Counted from the first letter of the stretch, positions 1 to 14,498 are shown. The stretch: 64,000 nt of DNA from Octopus sinensis (GCF_006345805.1 NC_043000.1:144398001-144462000); one strand, 5' to 3'. A program made the numbers and translations. Notes: generated by a model from the sequence alone, not told the origin.

Positions 1-894
1 ACAATATCATTATACAGCAGGAATGTTTTGAATGTAAAAAAAAAACGTATAAAAATATTAAATTATGTATATTTCCTCGTTTTACGTCTGTCAAAATGAG
101 TGATGCTAGCTCTTTTTTTTGTGGCGGGTGAGAATGACTGAGGAAAGTAATTGAATTAATATATGAGTTGCATTATTAACAGCGTAGAGCCAGTATTATG
201 TACTTGATCAAACATATGCGACTATCTATATTATTTTTCAGCTTAGAGCGATTTCTTTTCATTTTCATCTGTAATACAAACTAAATTTCATCATGAAAAT
301 ATCGTTGCGTTTGGCATTTCCTTGTAGTGTATAACGTTTGTGTAAGAGAGAAAAGGAAACACTATATATGATAGCAAGAAGACACTTAACTTCTGTTTCT
401 TCGTAAGATTTAGAGGTTTCCTTTTTGTCAATCAGAAGCTTAATAGAGGGTTGAATTCTCTAAAACGTCCTAAACGTCCTACTCTTAAACACTTCTTATA
501 AAAGAAAAGATTTTGTGACACAGCTTTTCTTTCATACTTGCACATGGCCATCCGATTCAAAGAGATAATGATCCTTTGGTTGACGAGGACTAAATTCAGC
601 CATGTTTGCTATTATGTATGCTATTTAAGCCCTAGTGAAGTCGGTTGCACATTTATGGATGTTTTAAGTAAGCAAAAAAGAACGAGTGGGTAAATTATCA
701 GAACTGGCAAAGTCAATCCAAATTTTTCTTTTCAATTAAGGTTCAATATTTCCTGATGTCTGAGAAGTATGAATTGCATCTTTAGATAATGATAATTATA
801 AGAATAAATAACGATATTCATCTGTCAGATTGAGGAATAATTTATAATCATTTTGCTTTCTTTTTAAAATTTATTTTAAAGAAAACGTCTACAA

Positions 895-1535
895 CAAATT
901 AATAAATTATATACTCACCGTTGTTGTTTACGACTTCCTCCCATCGTTCAATAAGTTTTTCGATGTCTCTGCGATAGAAATCTTGCGGTCCTGACTCAAA
1001 GAATTCGTCCAGTTAAGCTCTAAATTCCACGTCAATATAGAACAATACACCGCTCGAAAGTGCTCGAAACGTTCGAAACAGATGAAACCTGACGGTGCCA
1101 AGTCTAGAGAGTGTGTAGGTTGTAGTAGCACTTCCCATTCGAGCGTTAATTTTTTCTTGTTTACGATCAAAATGTGTGGCACCTAGGCGCTGAGTTTCTC
1201 AACCTTGCCTATTGAATGAAGGTGGTTCACAACATTCTTTTTTCTCACATTCCATCTGCTGCGCAAATTCTCTGGGCATTTGACGGAATTTTTATGAAGA
1301 AGTTGTTTTAATCGCTCTTCATCGAACTGAATTGGTCGACCGATTTGTGATACGTTCTGGAGGTTCAGATACCCATTTTTGATGCGCGAAAATCAATGCC
1401 GAGCGGTACTTCAAGACCTTGATCCTTCTCCATACACAGCATAAAACTCACGAGTAGCTTCGGAGGCCTTAACACCTCGACTAAATGCTCAGTCGAAAAT
1501 GCTCAGATTTCTCCAAATGACATTCCCTTTTACAT
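895..1535 (-). mobile_element. Internally deleted mariner transposase relic
   Basis: Minus strand gives a mariner N-terminal HTH region (EHFR...RGVKASEATRE..AVYGEG). A WVPH-like motif (TAG for TGG, about 1185) is fused directly to LEWEVLLQPTHSLDLAPS, the YSPDL region (ORF 928-1182). The catalytic core is missing. Confidence 0.88.
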
Positions 1536-2097
1536 GTTCTAAAAATACACAAACATCAATAAAATTAAGGGAATCAAAACACAGTATCTTGTAGAGCAAA
1601 GAAAAGTCTTTAAAATAACCAAATGTATTTTGCCAATGCGTTTTATTTCTGCTTGAATTTTTTAATTTGAAAAAAAAATCGCCTATGAAATAGTCAAACA
1701 TAAGATAAAAATGAGAGGTAACGAGGAATTTGTAAGCAAAAAGTCGCATCTACCCATGGTCTGAGTTAACGCATCATCATCACTAGTATTATCTGAAGAC
1801 AGAACTGAAGGCAATATTTTAAGTAGTTTTCAATCATATTTGTGCGGTGTCATTCAGTTACTTGAATTATATTCATAGGGAGCAGAGCACTAAACATGTG
1901 CTCAGGGAAACTAAAAAAATAAATTATACCGAATCAAATTTAATCGTATTTTCATACGAAATTGCGGCATAGTATATAAATATATTCGTGTCTGTATTTC
2001 AGCAACCACTATCAATGTATATGTGAACTTCGCTCTGATTCATACAAATGGTAGATCAGATATCATTACATATGTGTATGTATATGAATGTGAATCC

Positions 2098-2136
<39 letters not shown>

Positions 2137-2222
2137 TATACATACATGTGTGTATATGTTTATATATATATATATATATTTACATGTATATATATGTATA
2201 TATATATATGCATGTACATATG

Positions 2223-2268
<46 letters not shown>

Positions 2269-2289
2269 ATATGCATGTACATATGTATG

Positions 2290-2361
<72 letters not shown>

Positions 2362-2381
2362 GCATATATATATATATATAT
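2098..2381. repeat. (AT)n microsatellite with ACAT/GTAT interruptions
   Basis: Directly visible; source of the spurious YI-repeat ORFs. Confidence 0.97.
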
Positions 2382-2690
2382 TTCTACTTATTATTGCTGA
2401 GAATATATGGTCATTTATCACCCTGTATGTCTAGAATATTAGTTTTCTTATTTCTTCTGAAATTAATACAACATTGATAAGTTGAGCCTAATAAACACTG
2501 TAGTTTTTGACTTCATTTAAATCATATCAATTACAAATGTTTGGCTTCCTTAATACTGTAAACCTGGATTGTCTTCTTGAAAGTAACATTTCTTCGGTCC
2601 GAAAATGATTCATTCGTGAGACGTGACACCAAAGAAGAGCACACCTTCAATCTCTGCGTGCGATTAGGCTCGGAAAGTTTGTGAGAACCC

Positions 2691-2691
<1 letters not shown>

Positions 2692-2721
<30 letters not shown>

Positions 2722-2975
2722 CTAGTTTCAGCTTATGAGCTGTGGCCATGCTGGGGCACCGCCATTTGGTGTTGCTACTTGGTTTCACTTCATGGAGGCT
2801 TTCTAGCAACTGCTATTTGGTGCATGAGAGAGTTCGATGCAGCTGCCCTCATCTGCCCCTCCTGCCGTGAAGTTGGTTCATCTGGGACACCTGACAGGAA
2901 GAGATCCAGCTTCATTTTAAAGACATCTGACCCACTTTGCTGTCTTTTCCGATGGCACGCAGCTGTCGATGAATA
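2692..2975 (-). mobile_element. CR1-type LINE 3' end (family B) with (AATC)n tail
   Basis: Minus strand encodes ...DVFKMKLDLFLSGVPDEPTSRQEGQMRAAASNSLMHQI, a CR1/L2-like ORF2 C-terminus. It is followed by GGCGGTGCCCCAGCATGGCCACAGC..CTGAAAC and (AATC)n. Confidence 0.8.
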
Positions 2976-5734
2976 ACTGAATTACCAAATCCAACATTGA
3001 CTTCTATATATGTAATTATAAGGCGCTTATAGTAAATAACCAAATACTGAGCTGGAGAGAATCATAAATAATGACATTTTCCATTGTCCTTATTCGGTTA
3101 TAAAGCTCTGTAATTTTCGCTTCTATGCACAAAATCCACAGAATGACATTTTTGAAGAGGTATTCGTAATACTAATACATCTTCCTTTGTGAAGAAGTAT
3201 AAATACTTCACTAATACTTCTCTTTTCCGAAGAAGTATTAGTGTAACTCTGTGCATATCATTCCTATGAAGTATCTGTTACATCACATTTTTCCTGAAAT
3301 ATTAAATCGTCTTATGTAATAATTGTTCACTGTATACATATGTATGACAGAAAACATTTCTATTGTAATGTTTAATGCTCATTGAAACACATTATACTTT
3401 TAATAGAATGTAAATTTGCAAGGCACGCTGGACCTGCATTTCTTAGCAGAATAATTTTATAAATTCAATAAATTGATTTGAACTCAAAGCAGTGTGGAAG
3501 AATATTAGACGTTTACCTGTTTTTGAATGCTAAAGACCGGTTACGCTTTTACCAATCACACTTAGCAAACATGACACTGGCTTGGAAATTTATCGATCTA
3601 TCACGTAAAACTGCATATTTTCTCAGAAATCTATGATAAAGAAAGAAAAAAACAAACTTTCATGCGATTCATATTCTCTTTTGATTTCGATCTAAAAATA
3701 AAATATATACATATATTCATACTATAGTTCTTAGAGGAAATGTCAAAGAATTTAGCGGCCATGTTCAATTCAGTTTGTACAGAAATTATTTATCATACGG
3801 TACAAACGACTTCAGAATTGTGTTTTATTGAATTTGATTTTTTTACGAAAGCTTTCTTTTCAAATAATAATTTCAGGAATAATTTAGAATTTTGATACAC
3901 AAAATTGATATGACCAACCCAACGCAGACAACAATTACTAACCTATCTTTGTATAGCTTATACGGATTTATTAAAATGAATATTTAAGCGTGACTATATA
4001 AGACATTCAAATTTTATCTATATTGCTAACTAACTTTATGTTATTTGTGTTTTAGAGAAATAGGAAACAAATTCAAACATCTGCACTTATAGAGCAGAAT
4101 ATGCATACATTCGCAATTAATTATCGGGATAGATTTTTATCTCTGATTATTACGTATCCTACGGGAAAGTAGTACAAGAAACATTGTTTTGCACTTGGAA
4201 AATAATTTCAGGCATGTGTAGAATAATTTTCAATTACCAGGATAAACTAACGCAGTTGAAATGTACCGTCCATAATGAGAGTGATGATAGATATGGAAAA
4301 GGAATATTTAGTGAACGACTGTGTTGCAAATGTACATCCAATTCTTTAATAAAACCTACACAAATCTGAACGTCACAAATGCATAATGATATATGTATAA
4401 AGCGGCAAGCTGTCTGAATCGTTACTTCAAACGGCTTAGATGCATTTCTTCTGAATATATGTTCAGAGTTCAAACGCCATTTCGGGGGCGATGAAATAAG
4501 TACCAGTTGAGCATTAGGGTTGTGTGTGTATAAATTTGTGCGTGAATCCATTAGTGCGTGTGTCTGTGTGTACCTGCGCGTGCATGTGTGTGTTTATGCG
4601 CGTGCAAGGGTGCATGGAAAAGGTAAAGAGACCACTATACAGCGTGAAGTAAATCAAATACACTCATGTGGTTTCTATGACATACAAAACAACTCCTGAA
4701 AGTTAATTGTTTCTTTACTCAACTAAACATATGAGAAATGCGTTTTCAAAAGATTACAAATTAATGACGTGACTTCATATCAGTTATATACCGACACATA
4801 TCAAGTTGCAAATATTTTTCAGACCGTCGTTATTTTTTCCCTATTCCTCTTTTTTCTTTTATTTTTGTTACGGATTTCACCAAGTTAGTAAGTACTTGTC
4901 AAAATGTTAATAACATATTACAAAACCGTGTGACGAGGTTAGAAAATAGTATAATAAACCTCCACACTTAACAGTAAACTACAATCCACACCATAGATAA
5001 TGCACTGATAAACCTAAAATATTTCAATTTTTACTTACATTTCTCGCATCAGCATAATAACATCTACATTTATCTTATCGACTCCACGTACTACATTCTA
5101 TGCATCGCAATACACTAAATTATTATTCGGTGTTTATTTAATGTCGTTTCCAGATGACTTGGTACATTTTAAAGCTGTATTCTGTAAGAGTGTCTATCCA
5201 TTATTTCCAATGAATTACTGTATACAGATGGACGGATGAATTAGTTTAAATTTGGACGATGCACTTAATTACATGGTTGTACCAAAATTCATTTAGAAAC
5301 ATATTAATTCGTCTGTTATTATATTACCACTCCATAAGCATATTTTTCAATTTTACATACAGACGCACTCAAACAAATGCACCTAGCCACACACACACAC
5401 ACACAATGCAGTTCGAAAAAGCCCGCCATTTACAAGAGTGTATGATGAATAAACACTTCCATGTGCTACGGTAGAGGCGCGGGTTGTCGGTTCGGTCCCG
5501 ATAGGTATGTTTGGTTTTGTTTATTTTTGATGTGTTCTTAATATGTTTCACTGATGAACAAAAGACGTAGATAATACGTTAATTGCGAAATCACAAGTGA
5601 TCTGGAACTAAATTCTTTTTCTAAATGTCTTGCTTCAAGAGCTGTATTCGGTACGATTCGTTTATTTTTGGTAATAATGACCTTGAAAGTCCCTCCTAGC
5701 GTGTGGCATTTATGTGTAATAATGCCCTCTATAT

Positions 5735-5755
5735 AATATAAATATATATATATAA

Positions 5756-5804
<49 letters not shown>

Positions 5805-5859
5805 TATATATATATATTATATATATATATATTATATATATATAAATATATGTATATAT

Positions 5860-5916
<57 letters not shown>

Positions 5917-5917
5917 C
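5735..5917. repeat. (AT)n microsatellite
   Basis: Directly visible. Confidence 0.97.
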
Positions 5918-5921
5918 ATGT

Positions 5922-6211
5922 GGAGGCGCAATGGCCCAGTGGTTAGGGCAGCGGACTCGCGGTCATAGGATTACGGTTTCGATTCCTAGACTAGGCATTG
6001 TGAGTGTTTATTGGGCGAAAACACCTAAAACTCCACGAGCCTCCGGCAGGGGGGGGGGGCGATACGTGCTGTACTCTTTCGCCGCAACTTTCTCTCAGTC
6101 TTTCTTCTGTCGGTCTGGCGTCATTTAAAGGCTAAAACAATGCGAAACGCATTGTGACCAGCGATGTGTAGCAACATCTGATAGCCTGGGCGGTCACGGT
6201 GATCACGGTGA
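5922..6211 (+). mobile_element. tRNA-derived SINE (Arg-like head)
   Basis: A box TGGCCCAGTGG, B box-like GTTTCGATTCC, TCG in the anticodon-loop position, non-tRNA body, short tandem tail (CACGGTGAT)x2. Confidence 0.82.
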
Positions 6212-8024
6212 TACATATATATACATACATACATACATACATATATACATACATACACACACACTTATAATTGTATATATATATATATATATATGGTAAC
6301 TAAATTAGGGAAGATGTAATATACGAAAGTTTTTATTATCAATCACAACAATTATTTCGACACATCCCACCTGAATCCCTCATGGGTGGGTCACTTAACA
6401 GCTTGTTCAGGAGCATCCAGTGGTGCAGATAGGTCTCATCATGTGATAAATCGATGTAACTCGTTAAAATAACAGTTCCGCAACGTATCTTCGAATTTCG
6501 TAGACTGAAAAACATCAAAACTATGGAAAATCTTCATTTATATAGAAGGTAAACATAAAAACATAGACGGCCAAAAAAAAAAAAGAACAAGCAATACAAC
6601 GAGAAAATATTCTAAATAACCGTTAACAGATATGGATGTATCAACGCCCTCGCGCAAGTTACATGGCGCATGACCACTCGCTCTTACAAGCATCGCAAAA
6701 ATGTAAGCATGCGTACACGTGTGGTTTGGTGCACTCACGATCACAGAGTTAGTTAAATAGCTACTTGGTGTTTATAAGAACGGGTATGTTAAAACTGAAC
6801 TTAATTCATCCATACCTGAAAATATATTATGGTAACATTTACGCAAATTCATTCCCACGGCATTGTGCGAACGTACATTTATATCACTAGGCATCTTGAG
6901 AGTCTTTTAGAAAATATATTAATGATCTTCTCTTTTGTCCACAGACTAAATAGGAATTCTTTGGAGCAGAGTTGGCATCACCGGGAAATGGTAGTTTATA
7001 GACTTGCGTGCCTTACTATGCACCAAGTTATATTCTACTTAATTTAATCACCCTTCAGTCATACAAAATCGGCCAAAAATGTTGAATATCTCTTCTTGAT
7101 TCTCTTCAAGCTGACGACATAATTGCTATAACGATTCGTAAATGAATCAAGTATCTGCCCAATGTAAACTTAAGGTCCTGCTCTTTTGTTCACGGTACAA
7201 ATCTTGTACCGTGAACAGATATAGGCATTTTGATTTTTCTCCACATGAGTATTTATCATATCTATTTGTATATAGGGCAGTTCCGACTTCATTTTTCTGG
7301 TTTTGTTACCAAGTTAACAATATCATAAGCATTTCAACTATTACGATTTGGCAATAATTGGTGCTTTTCATTGCAGTTTGCATCTCCTTTGTTGGTATTT
7401 AGATATGTACGTTCGCTAGATCCAGTAGGTGGGTTATTGAAATCTTGTCATAATTTACTATTATTTCTGCGGTGAATAAGCTGCCTTATATTAGAAGAGT
7501 TAGCGGATGATGAATTTACGGTGATATTGATTAGATTTAGGAAAACATTAGGTAAAGTTTTCCAGTGAACTTGGTTGAAACATGCGAAGCAAGAATGATA
7601 TTTTTTTACAATGAATTCGGAGACTTGCATATCTGCATATCTTTCATTTTAATTTTTAGAGTTAATTATACAGCGTGTACTTCTGCTGCATAGAAAATTA
7701 ACAGTTGCATTTGGAACCAATTATTTTCAGCTACGCAACTTTATTCAAGGTCTGACCATATGTGGTAGTCGAAGCGAACTGAGTTTATTTATACGTTGCT
7801 AAACATTTTGCTAGATTACTATGGTTTTAGATACGAAAGATAAAGTGAAAGTGTCATTTAGAACTTTCATATGGCTATAAACGTTAGGCCGTGTTCACTT
7901 CAAATCAAATTTGTGGGTAGACCTTGGATAAAGCTGCGTAGTTGATAATAGCTGATTGTAAATGCAACCGTTGATTCTCTGTCGGTCGTGTCTAAACCAA
8001 TAATGCTGCATAATTAACTTCAAA

Positions 8025-10248
8025 TATAGGTTTTTACAGTAATTTTCGTACGTTTGTCATTTAATTTGATAATTGGTTCATTCAAAGTCGCGAAAAAATT
8101 AGCGGCATGAAGTGAGTCATTCAAATTCGTTTTTCGATCACTCATTTTCGCACTTCGGTCAAAGAATTTAGCATTTACATCATTCAAATTAAATGCCCGT
8201 CGAGAGCATTAAAATTAGTTGGAATGTGAGGAAGCGTCATTTCGAGAATTCAAATTCGCACTTGAGCATTCGAGTTCAATATAAGTTTATTCGATTTAAC
8301 ACAAAATTTACATGTCTGTTTTCACTCACATTCAAAGAGTGAATATTAGAAATCACAATTTTAAATGGCATATTTTCTCATGTAAATTGTATTATGTTGT
8401 TATAGCTAGAAGGAAGAAATAAATTATGAGATACTTTTATAAATTATGAGTCTTTTCCATTGCAACATTCGTAACCGGTCGGTATCAGTTGAGTTTTATA
8501 TCCCTTTCTATTACACCAGATTGTAATCATGGAGCCACGCGTAAGGTACATGCGTATATCAGACAAAGATAGGGAAAGGTTGTTTGATGCCTTCGAGAGG
8601 CATCAAACCGTTTACCTGCATCTGGTAGACACATTTGTTATCAAAAAGAGTATTGCTCTGTCCAGAGTAGCGACCTACCTACGGTCTGGGTAGCACCACA
8701 AGTTACCCAGAGTAGGTGCCCTCCACCTTAAGTTTGATGAAGAAATGCGAGCCAGGCTTCAGGTTATTATTCATGGCAGCCCACTCGTCATGCTTCAACA
8801 GATGAAGAGAAATATAGAGGCATTGTTGCTCAGAAATCCGCCTGTTTCCGTGTCTTCAATCTCACTGGCTCTAGTTGGGATATTGATAGCAATGAAGTTG
8901 ACCGATGACGATCCAGAATTGTCCCCCAAACTCTGGAAAAGCATTATGATTATGCGAATTGGTTCGCAGATGAGGGAGTCGTCGGCCATTGTATATTCAT
9001 TGATGAATGTGGGTACACAATTTGTACCAGGCGCTCTTTTGGATGATCCTCTCGAGTAGTTCCTGTTCGCACAGTTGTCAACTGTCAGCTTGGCACAAAC
9101 TGCAACGTCAGTTTCGCGGTGTCGGAAAAAACCATCCTGGTTCATCAATCCATCGCAAACGATACAGTAACATTAAACTCTTTCGCGAACCTCTTGGCAG
9201 AAACAGTTCGAGTATGTGCCGATATATACACAGCGGATTAATTCACTTACTTATTCTACGATAGCGCCGGCCACACTTCCGTGCCGAGCTCCCAGCAGAT
9301 CAGGATGAAACTTCTACCTCCCTACTAGCCGTTTCTTAATAGTACAGAAATGGCACACTCTGCGTTTAAGGCTGCTGTCAAGCGGGACGTCGCTCGATCT
9401 GGGTTGCAGCAAAGGGTTAACAACCGGACAGCTACAGAAGAAACCCGCATGACTAAGGGAGAATAGTGAGCACGTGTCATACAATAGGTCGCAAGGCGTA
9501 ACATTGACGCTATCACTCCAGAAAATTGTATTCGGTGGTATAGACACCTAGTCTTATCTCTCAAGATGCCTCGACCGCCAGTAAATAAACGGCTAAATTA
9601 TCTCAAACGAATTCTCCTTATTAAGACTGTAAATCAATAATTATCTTAGTGTCCATAGCACCTTTTCCCCGATGAAAGAAAAAATACAAAATAAAAGAAA
9701 TATATACTTTTCCCATCAAGACATATTATGCAAAGGAAGAAAACATAAAGTATTCAAAATCAAAGAGGAACTCAACATTTGTTGTTATTGTGAGTTCCTT
9801 TAAAAAAAGATTGAAAAGTCTGGAATGTGATTTCATGAAATCTTTAACAATAAATGTACCTATGCAAAAATAACAGAATACACAGAAAAGACATGGTCAC
9901 GATAGAGTGCTTAAATCATAAATAATGAATGAAAACATATCATTATGATAATGATCATGAGATAAAACCAAAACAGCTATTGTGCTAATCGATTGCACAA
10001 AGTGTTAAACATATTGTACCGAAACGAATTTGAATGCTCGAAAAGAAGCTTCGTCGCATTCCGACTAATTTGAATGTTCTCGACGGGCATTTTAATTTGC
10101 ATTGTGTGTTTGACCGAAGTGCGAATTGAACGGTCGTAAAACGTATTTGAATGATTAAGTTCATGGCGCTTAATTTTTTTCGAGACTTCCAATGACCCGA
10201 TTATCAAATTGTATGATAAACGCACGAAAATGACTGCAAAATCCTATA
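8025..10248 (+). mobile_element. IS630/Tc1/mariner-superfamily transposon with about 230-bp terminal inverted repeats
   Basis: 8025-8258 aligns to the reverse complement of 10025-10248 (roughly three quarters identical by eye) and brackets a DDE transposase relic. True outer ends are not resolved. Confidence 0.85.
8529..9590 (+). pseudogene. Disrupted IS630/Tc1-like DDE transposase
   Basis: MEPRVRYMRISDKDRERL HTH region; CIFIDECG (D at 9002); YDSAGH (D at 9260); LLPPY*PFLNSTE (E at 9347). Several stops and frameshifts. Confidence 0.85.
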
Positions 10249-11594
10249 TAAAAATACAAAAAAATATAGATTTAGCGGTTTCCGTATTCATTGTAATTGT
10301 TTTGAATTTACACTCCCAGAAATATTCATAATGCAGTAAAGCGAACCCAGGATTTACTCAAGGGTAAATTAGAATGTGATTCCTCTCCCTAAGTAAACCT
10401 ACGTCCCCTTACTACACAATGCGTTTAACCTGAAACCGCTCTCCGCCTGCATAATGTTTTTCTATATATTCATATATCTATCTATCTTTCTGTCTATCTA
10501 TCTACTCTGTATTTTATATATATATATGCAACATGTGAAATACAGGGATAGCAGTGAGGAAATAAGAGAGAGTAACAAAGAGAGAACTAACACACACACA
10601 CACACACACACATACACATACACTGATATATTGCTTATCGAAACAATTACATTTGCAGGAAGTGACTAATATAGGAAATATAAATACATTTACGGCATCA
10701 AAGTCTTTTCAATCGACAATAAAGTATAATTTTTTGTACGCCTGCAGTTCTTATGCAATAAGATCTCCTGTGTTCATTAATGCAAGCACGTATCTTATCA
10801 AATAAATGAGAAATTGAGGTCAACTCACAGAAAGCTCAAGAAGCACCAACCATTTTGAAGTATTACACAACTTTTGTAGCTGAACAATGTCTTGTACAGA
10901 ATACAAACACTCTAGAATTTACATATATGTGTATATATAATGTTCGTAAATTACCGAGTAACATATTCACATACCCGATCAAAGGTCAGCTAAGTTGATA
11001 CAATAACTTGCGGTAATATAATGCACTGATGTTACCAATCAAAATGTTACTTACGAGAAATTATATGCGGCTAATGCGTTTGAAATTCTTGGCAATTAAA
11101 TGCTACTCTCTTACAGCATACTATCCATTACTGCTTAGCAATGAGCTGCAACCTCTCATTAAATCGAGAGAAGTATTAATGTCGCTTGAACTTCAGTATT
11201 TCGCTGTAATATTAAGAGTAGATTTTCGCGTATCAATTAGTCCTCTACGGATGTAATCAAAGCTATTTTTTAAGCACAGATGCTTCGCTTCAATGATTCT
11301 ACTAGCAGCAATGTCGAAAATGATATTCAATATAATCACTAGTCAACCTAATAATATATGGGCAATATTTGTCTTAATGAGCTATCGTCGTTGTTAAAGA
11401 ATTTCTACGACAGAATTGGTTAAATAAATTTCTAAAGCTACTGCTTGTAGATAAACTTACTGCACACAGCTTACCAACAATGCAACACCATTGATTTGTT
11501 CTTAGCTTTCACGACATTCTAAGGTAACGCATATAAACTTACATGAGAATAGTCTCCCAAATACGCACGTAAGACAAATAGTAACATTATATAG

Positions 11595-11599
<5 letters not shown>

Positions 11600-11645
<46 letters not shown>

Positions 11646-11658
11646 TATAAATAAATAA

Positions 11659-11695
<37 letters not shown>

Positions 11696-11789
11696 TGTAT
11701 GTATGCATATCTATGTATGTATGGATAAATGTATATATATATATATATGTATGTATGCATGTATATATGAATATCTATCTATCTATCTA

Positions 11790-11860
<71 letters not shown>
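11600..11860. repeat. Compound (AT)/(GT)/(AG)/(TATC) microsatellite
   Basis: Directly visible. Confidence 0.95.
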
Positions 11861-11862
<2 letters not shown>

Positions 11863-12257
11863 CAGAATGAAAAAAAACAAGGCTGTGAAGTTTTCAGAAC
11901 ATTTATAAATGTTCTAAAATCTTTACAGCCTGTTCTTTTTTAATCTCATTCTAAAGAAAACATTATATATACACATGCTGATATATGACCTACGTTGGAT
12001 TGCTTATTCGTGTAATCACCGAACCTGGAGCTTAAATATGGTTTATCCATAGCACTTACTCACCTGACGTATCTACCTGACAACTTTGGGTCTTATTGAC
12101 ACCATTAACTCTCATAACCTATATAAATATATGTATATATATTACGGGAAATCAAGAATCATTTGTGCTTTCCCTAAGACATTGTCTTAACTACCAGCAT
12201 GGCCATCAACGCTCAAATATTTAAGATGGGGGACATGGGTGGTCACGTATCCGATTT

Positions 12258-12830
12258 TCACTATGACCGCTCAAGCTTTCGGTTCCATACACTGACCGTG
12301 CTGTGCTGCGTAGAAGTGTGTATGAATGGATCAAGAAGTTCAAGAGTGGCATAAGAAGCATGGAGCATAACGAAGGAGCAGGATGATGATCAATGTATAC
12401 CACTGACGTTAATGTACAACAATCACAAGAGATGGTTGTTTCAAAATGCCCAGTGGTAATCGAAGAAGTTGCTTGTTTACTGCAAATTAATCAAAGTTCT
12501 GCTAGCCAAGTGATCCACGACAATCATCGCTTCCGTAAACTCCGTGCAAAATAGGAGCCAAGAGAGATTATAGAAGCTTAAAAACTCAACCGTGTTAAGA
12601 TCAGTCAATGTTTACGAGACCGCTACAACGATGGGATCAAAGCTTTGTTTATGAGAGACGAGACACAGAAACAGAGACAGTGTTGGGATGCGTCCATCAT
12701 TTTGAACCGGAATTGCCAGCTAAGAAGAAATTCAAGAGCAGCATTAAGAAAGAAAACATTGTTTATCTTTATGCGAGAGCCAAATGACCTCTACTGGAAC
12801 ATTATTTGGAAAAATGGTCTGTTGAAAGAA
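12258..12830 (+). mobile_element. Degenerate mariner transposase (N-terminal half)
   Basis: RSVYEWIKKFKSG...IEEVACLLQINQSSASQVIHDNHRFRKLRAK*EP (WVP-like), then CVHHFEPE and KKKFK. Confidence 0.8.
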
Positions 12831-13254
12831 AGACGCACTCATGACATCTAGTTACATGTATTATAATTTAAAAACCAATTTAATACGGTCCCATGTAACT
12901 TAAAGTTTCTTACACTCCTTACAGGAATGTAGGTTGTCGGGCCCAATCCACCTGAGCCCAACGAGTTAGGTTCCTGCATTGTACTTGCGAAAGTTCAAGC
13001 TGCACTGGATAGACTCAAACGTTTTTGAAGTAGTATTAGTATTAGTAGTAGAAGTAGTAGTAGTTGTTGTTGTTATTGTTGTTGTAGTGGTAACAGCAGC
13101 AGTAGAATATCTTTATAAATAGAGGTATTGTGTTCGATTTCCTGTTGCTGCCTGCTGGCAACATTTGTCTTGTAGGAGCATTAACCCAATCCTCTAATCT
13201 GCTTTCACATCTATCCTACGTTTGAGTTTATTTTATTTTCTGTGTAAAATAATT

Positions 13255-13453
<199 letters not shown>

Positions 13454-14076
13454 AACTCACGTAGCAGTGCTCGCGTGAGCTTATAGCTAGGCGGTTTACC
13501 ATTATATTATTAACTCTGTCATCGAAACGGTGTCCAGTAAATGGAAAGTCTTCTTTTATAATACTGGAAAGAATAAATTTCCATATTGCAAAACATACAT
13601 CACTCTTTCTTTTCTGTCATTCTTACAGACTGGATGAGAATATATTGACGTACACGTAATCTCTCAATCAAATTTATACACACAACTTAGAAACTCATAA
13701 CATACACAGTTAAATGTCTTCTTGTCTTATTTAGATACTAGATTGCTATTTTTCCCTTATTTCTCACGTAACAATGGATGCATGCAACGCAATAGATTTA
13801 TCAAGAAGATTTTTCTACTTGTTCCACATTCTATAGCTTTAGTATTGCCTTACAAATATGTTCTTCAGCATAATAAATATACATTTTGTAGATATGTAAT
13901 ATTTGAACATTAATATAATAAAAATATCGAATTACATTTCGCTGCATAGTTTGCGAACACGGGTGTTTACCTAATATTCCATGATACAATAATGACCACC
14001 CCAGGATATTTTAATCTGAAAAGCAATGCTAATATCAACGAGATTCTCAATACATGTGCTTATAATTCTACTGATA

Positions 14077-14478
14077 TCCATCATCATCATCATTGTTCGA
14101 CCGTGGTCGAGGCAATGGAATTTACCATGCTACGCCAGACTTCACGGTCCATCATAGCATTACGGAGGTCCTGCTACTGGATGCCTGTGTTCCTGGAGAT
14201 TACATCAGGGTAGGAGAGTGTGCGCCCTCTGGTATTGCGAGTAGATGGCTTCCTGAGGAGAAGAGTAGAAATTACTTCTTTTTCAGCTCTACAACAATGT
14301 CCAGCAAACTGGACTCTCCTACCTTTCACAAGAGATGACACAGGTGGAAGTTTCCCATATATTTGCATTTTGGTTGGATGGCACTTCCACGAGAGATCTT
14401 CAGCTCTCATAAGGAGGCGAGTGTAGGTTCCATCCAACCGCCTCTCAAGCTTCTTTGATAACGTCCAGGTTGTACACT
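14077..14478 (-). mobile_element. 5'-truncated RTE-clade LINE 3' end with (ATG)n tail
   Basis: ORF 14174-14497 contains TWTLSKKLERRLDGTYTRLL...RRVQFAGHCCRA...LSYPDVISR. It continues DLRNAMMDREVWRSMV and ends in (TGA)n. Confidence 0.88.
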
Positions 14479-14498
14479 CAATATTAAGGTTATTCATT

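Noticed and set aside
2023-2477. Long YI/IY-repeat ORFs here and at many other (AT)n tracts
   Set aside because: They are translations of dinucleotide microsatellites, which lack stops by construction.
2531-2690. RRNVTFKKTIQVYSI resembles a PP1-binding RVxF motif
   Set aside because: Short motif, no splice acceptor, and the ORF is assembled from a CR1 tail plus microsatellite.
5922-6000. tRNA gene calls for A/B-box sequences (also 15720-15790, 28370-28430, 44799-44860)
   Set aside because: No proper acceptor stem or T-run terminator, and each continues into a repeat body, so they are SINE or pLTR heads.
6340-6480. Hairpin-containing segment resembling a further Penelope or hammerhead tail
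   Set aside because: The CUGAUGA core is absent and there is no associated ORF.
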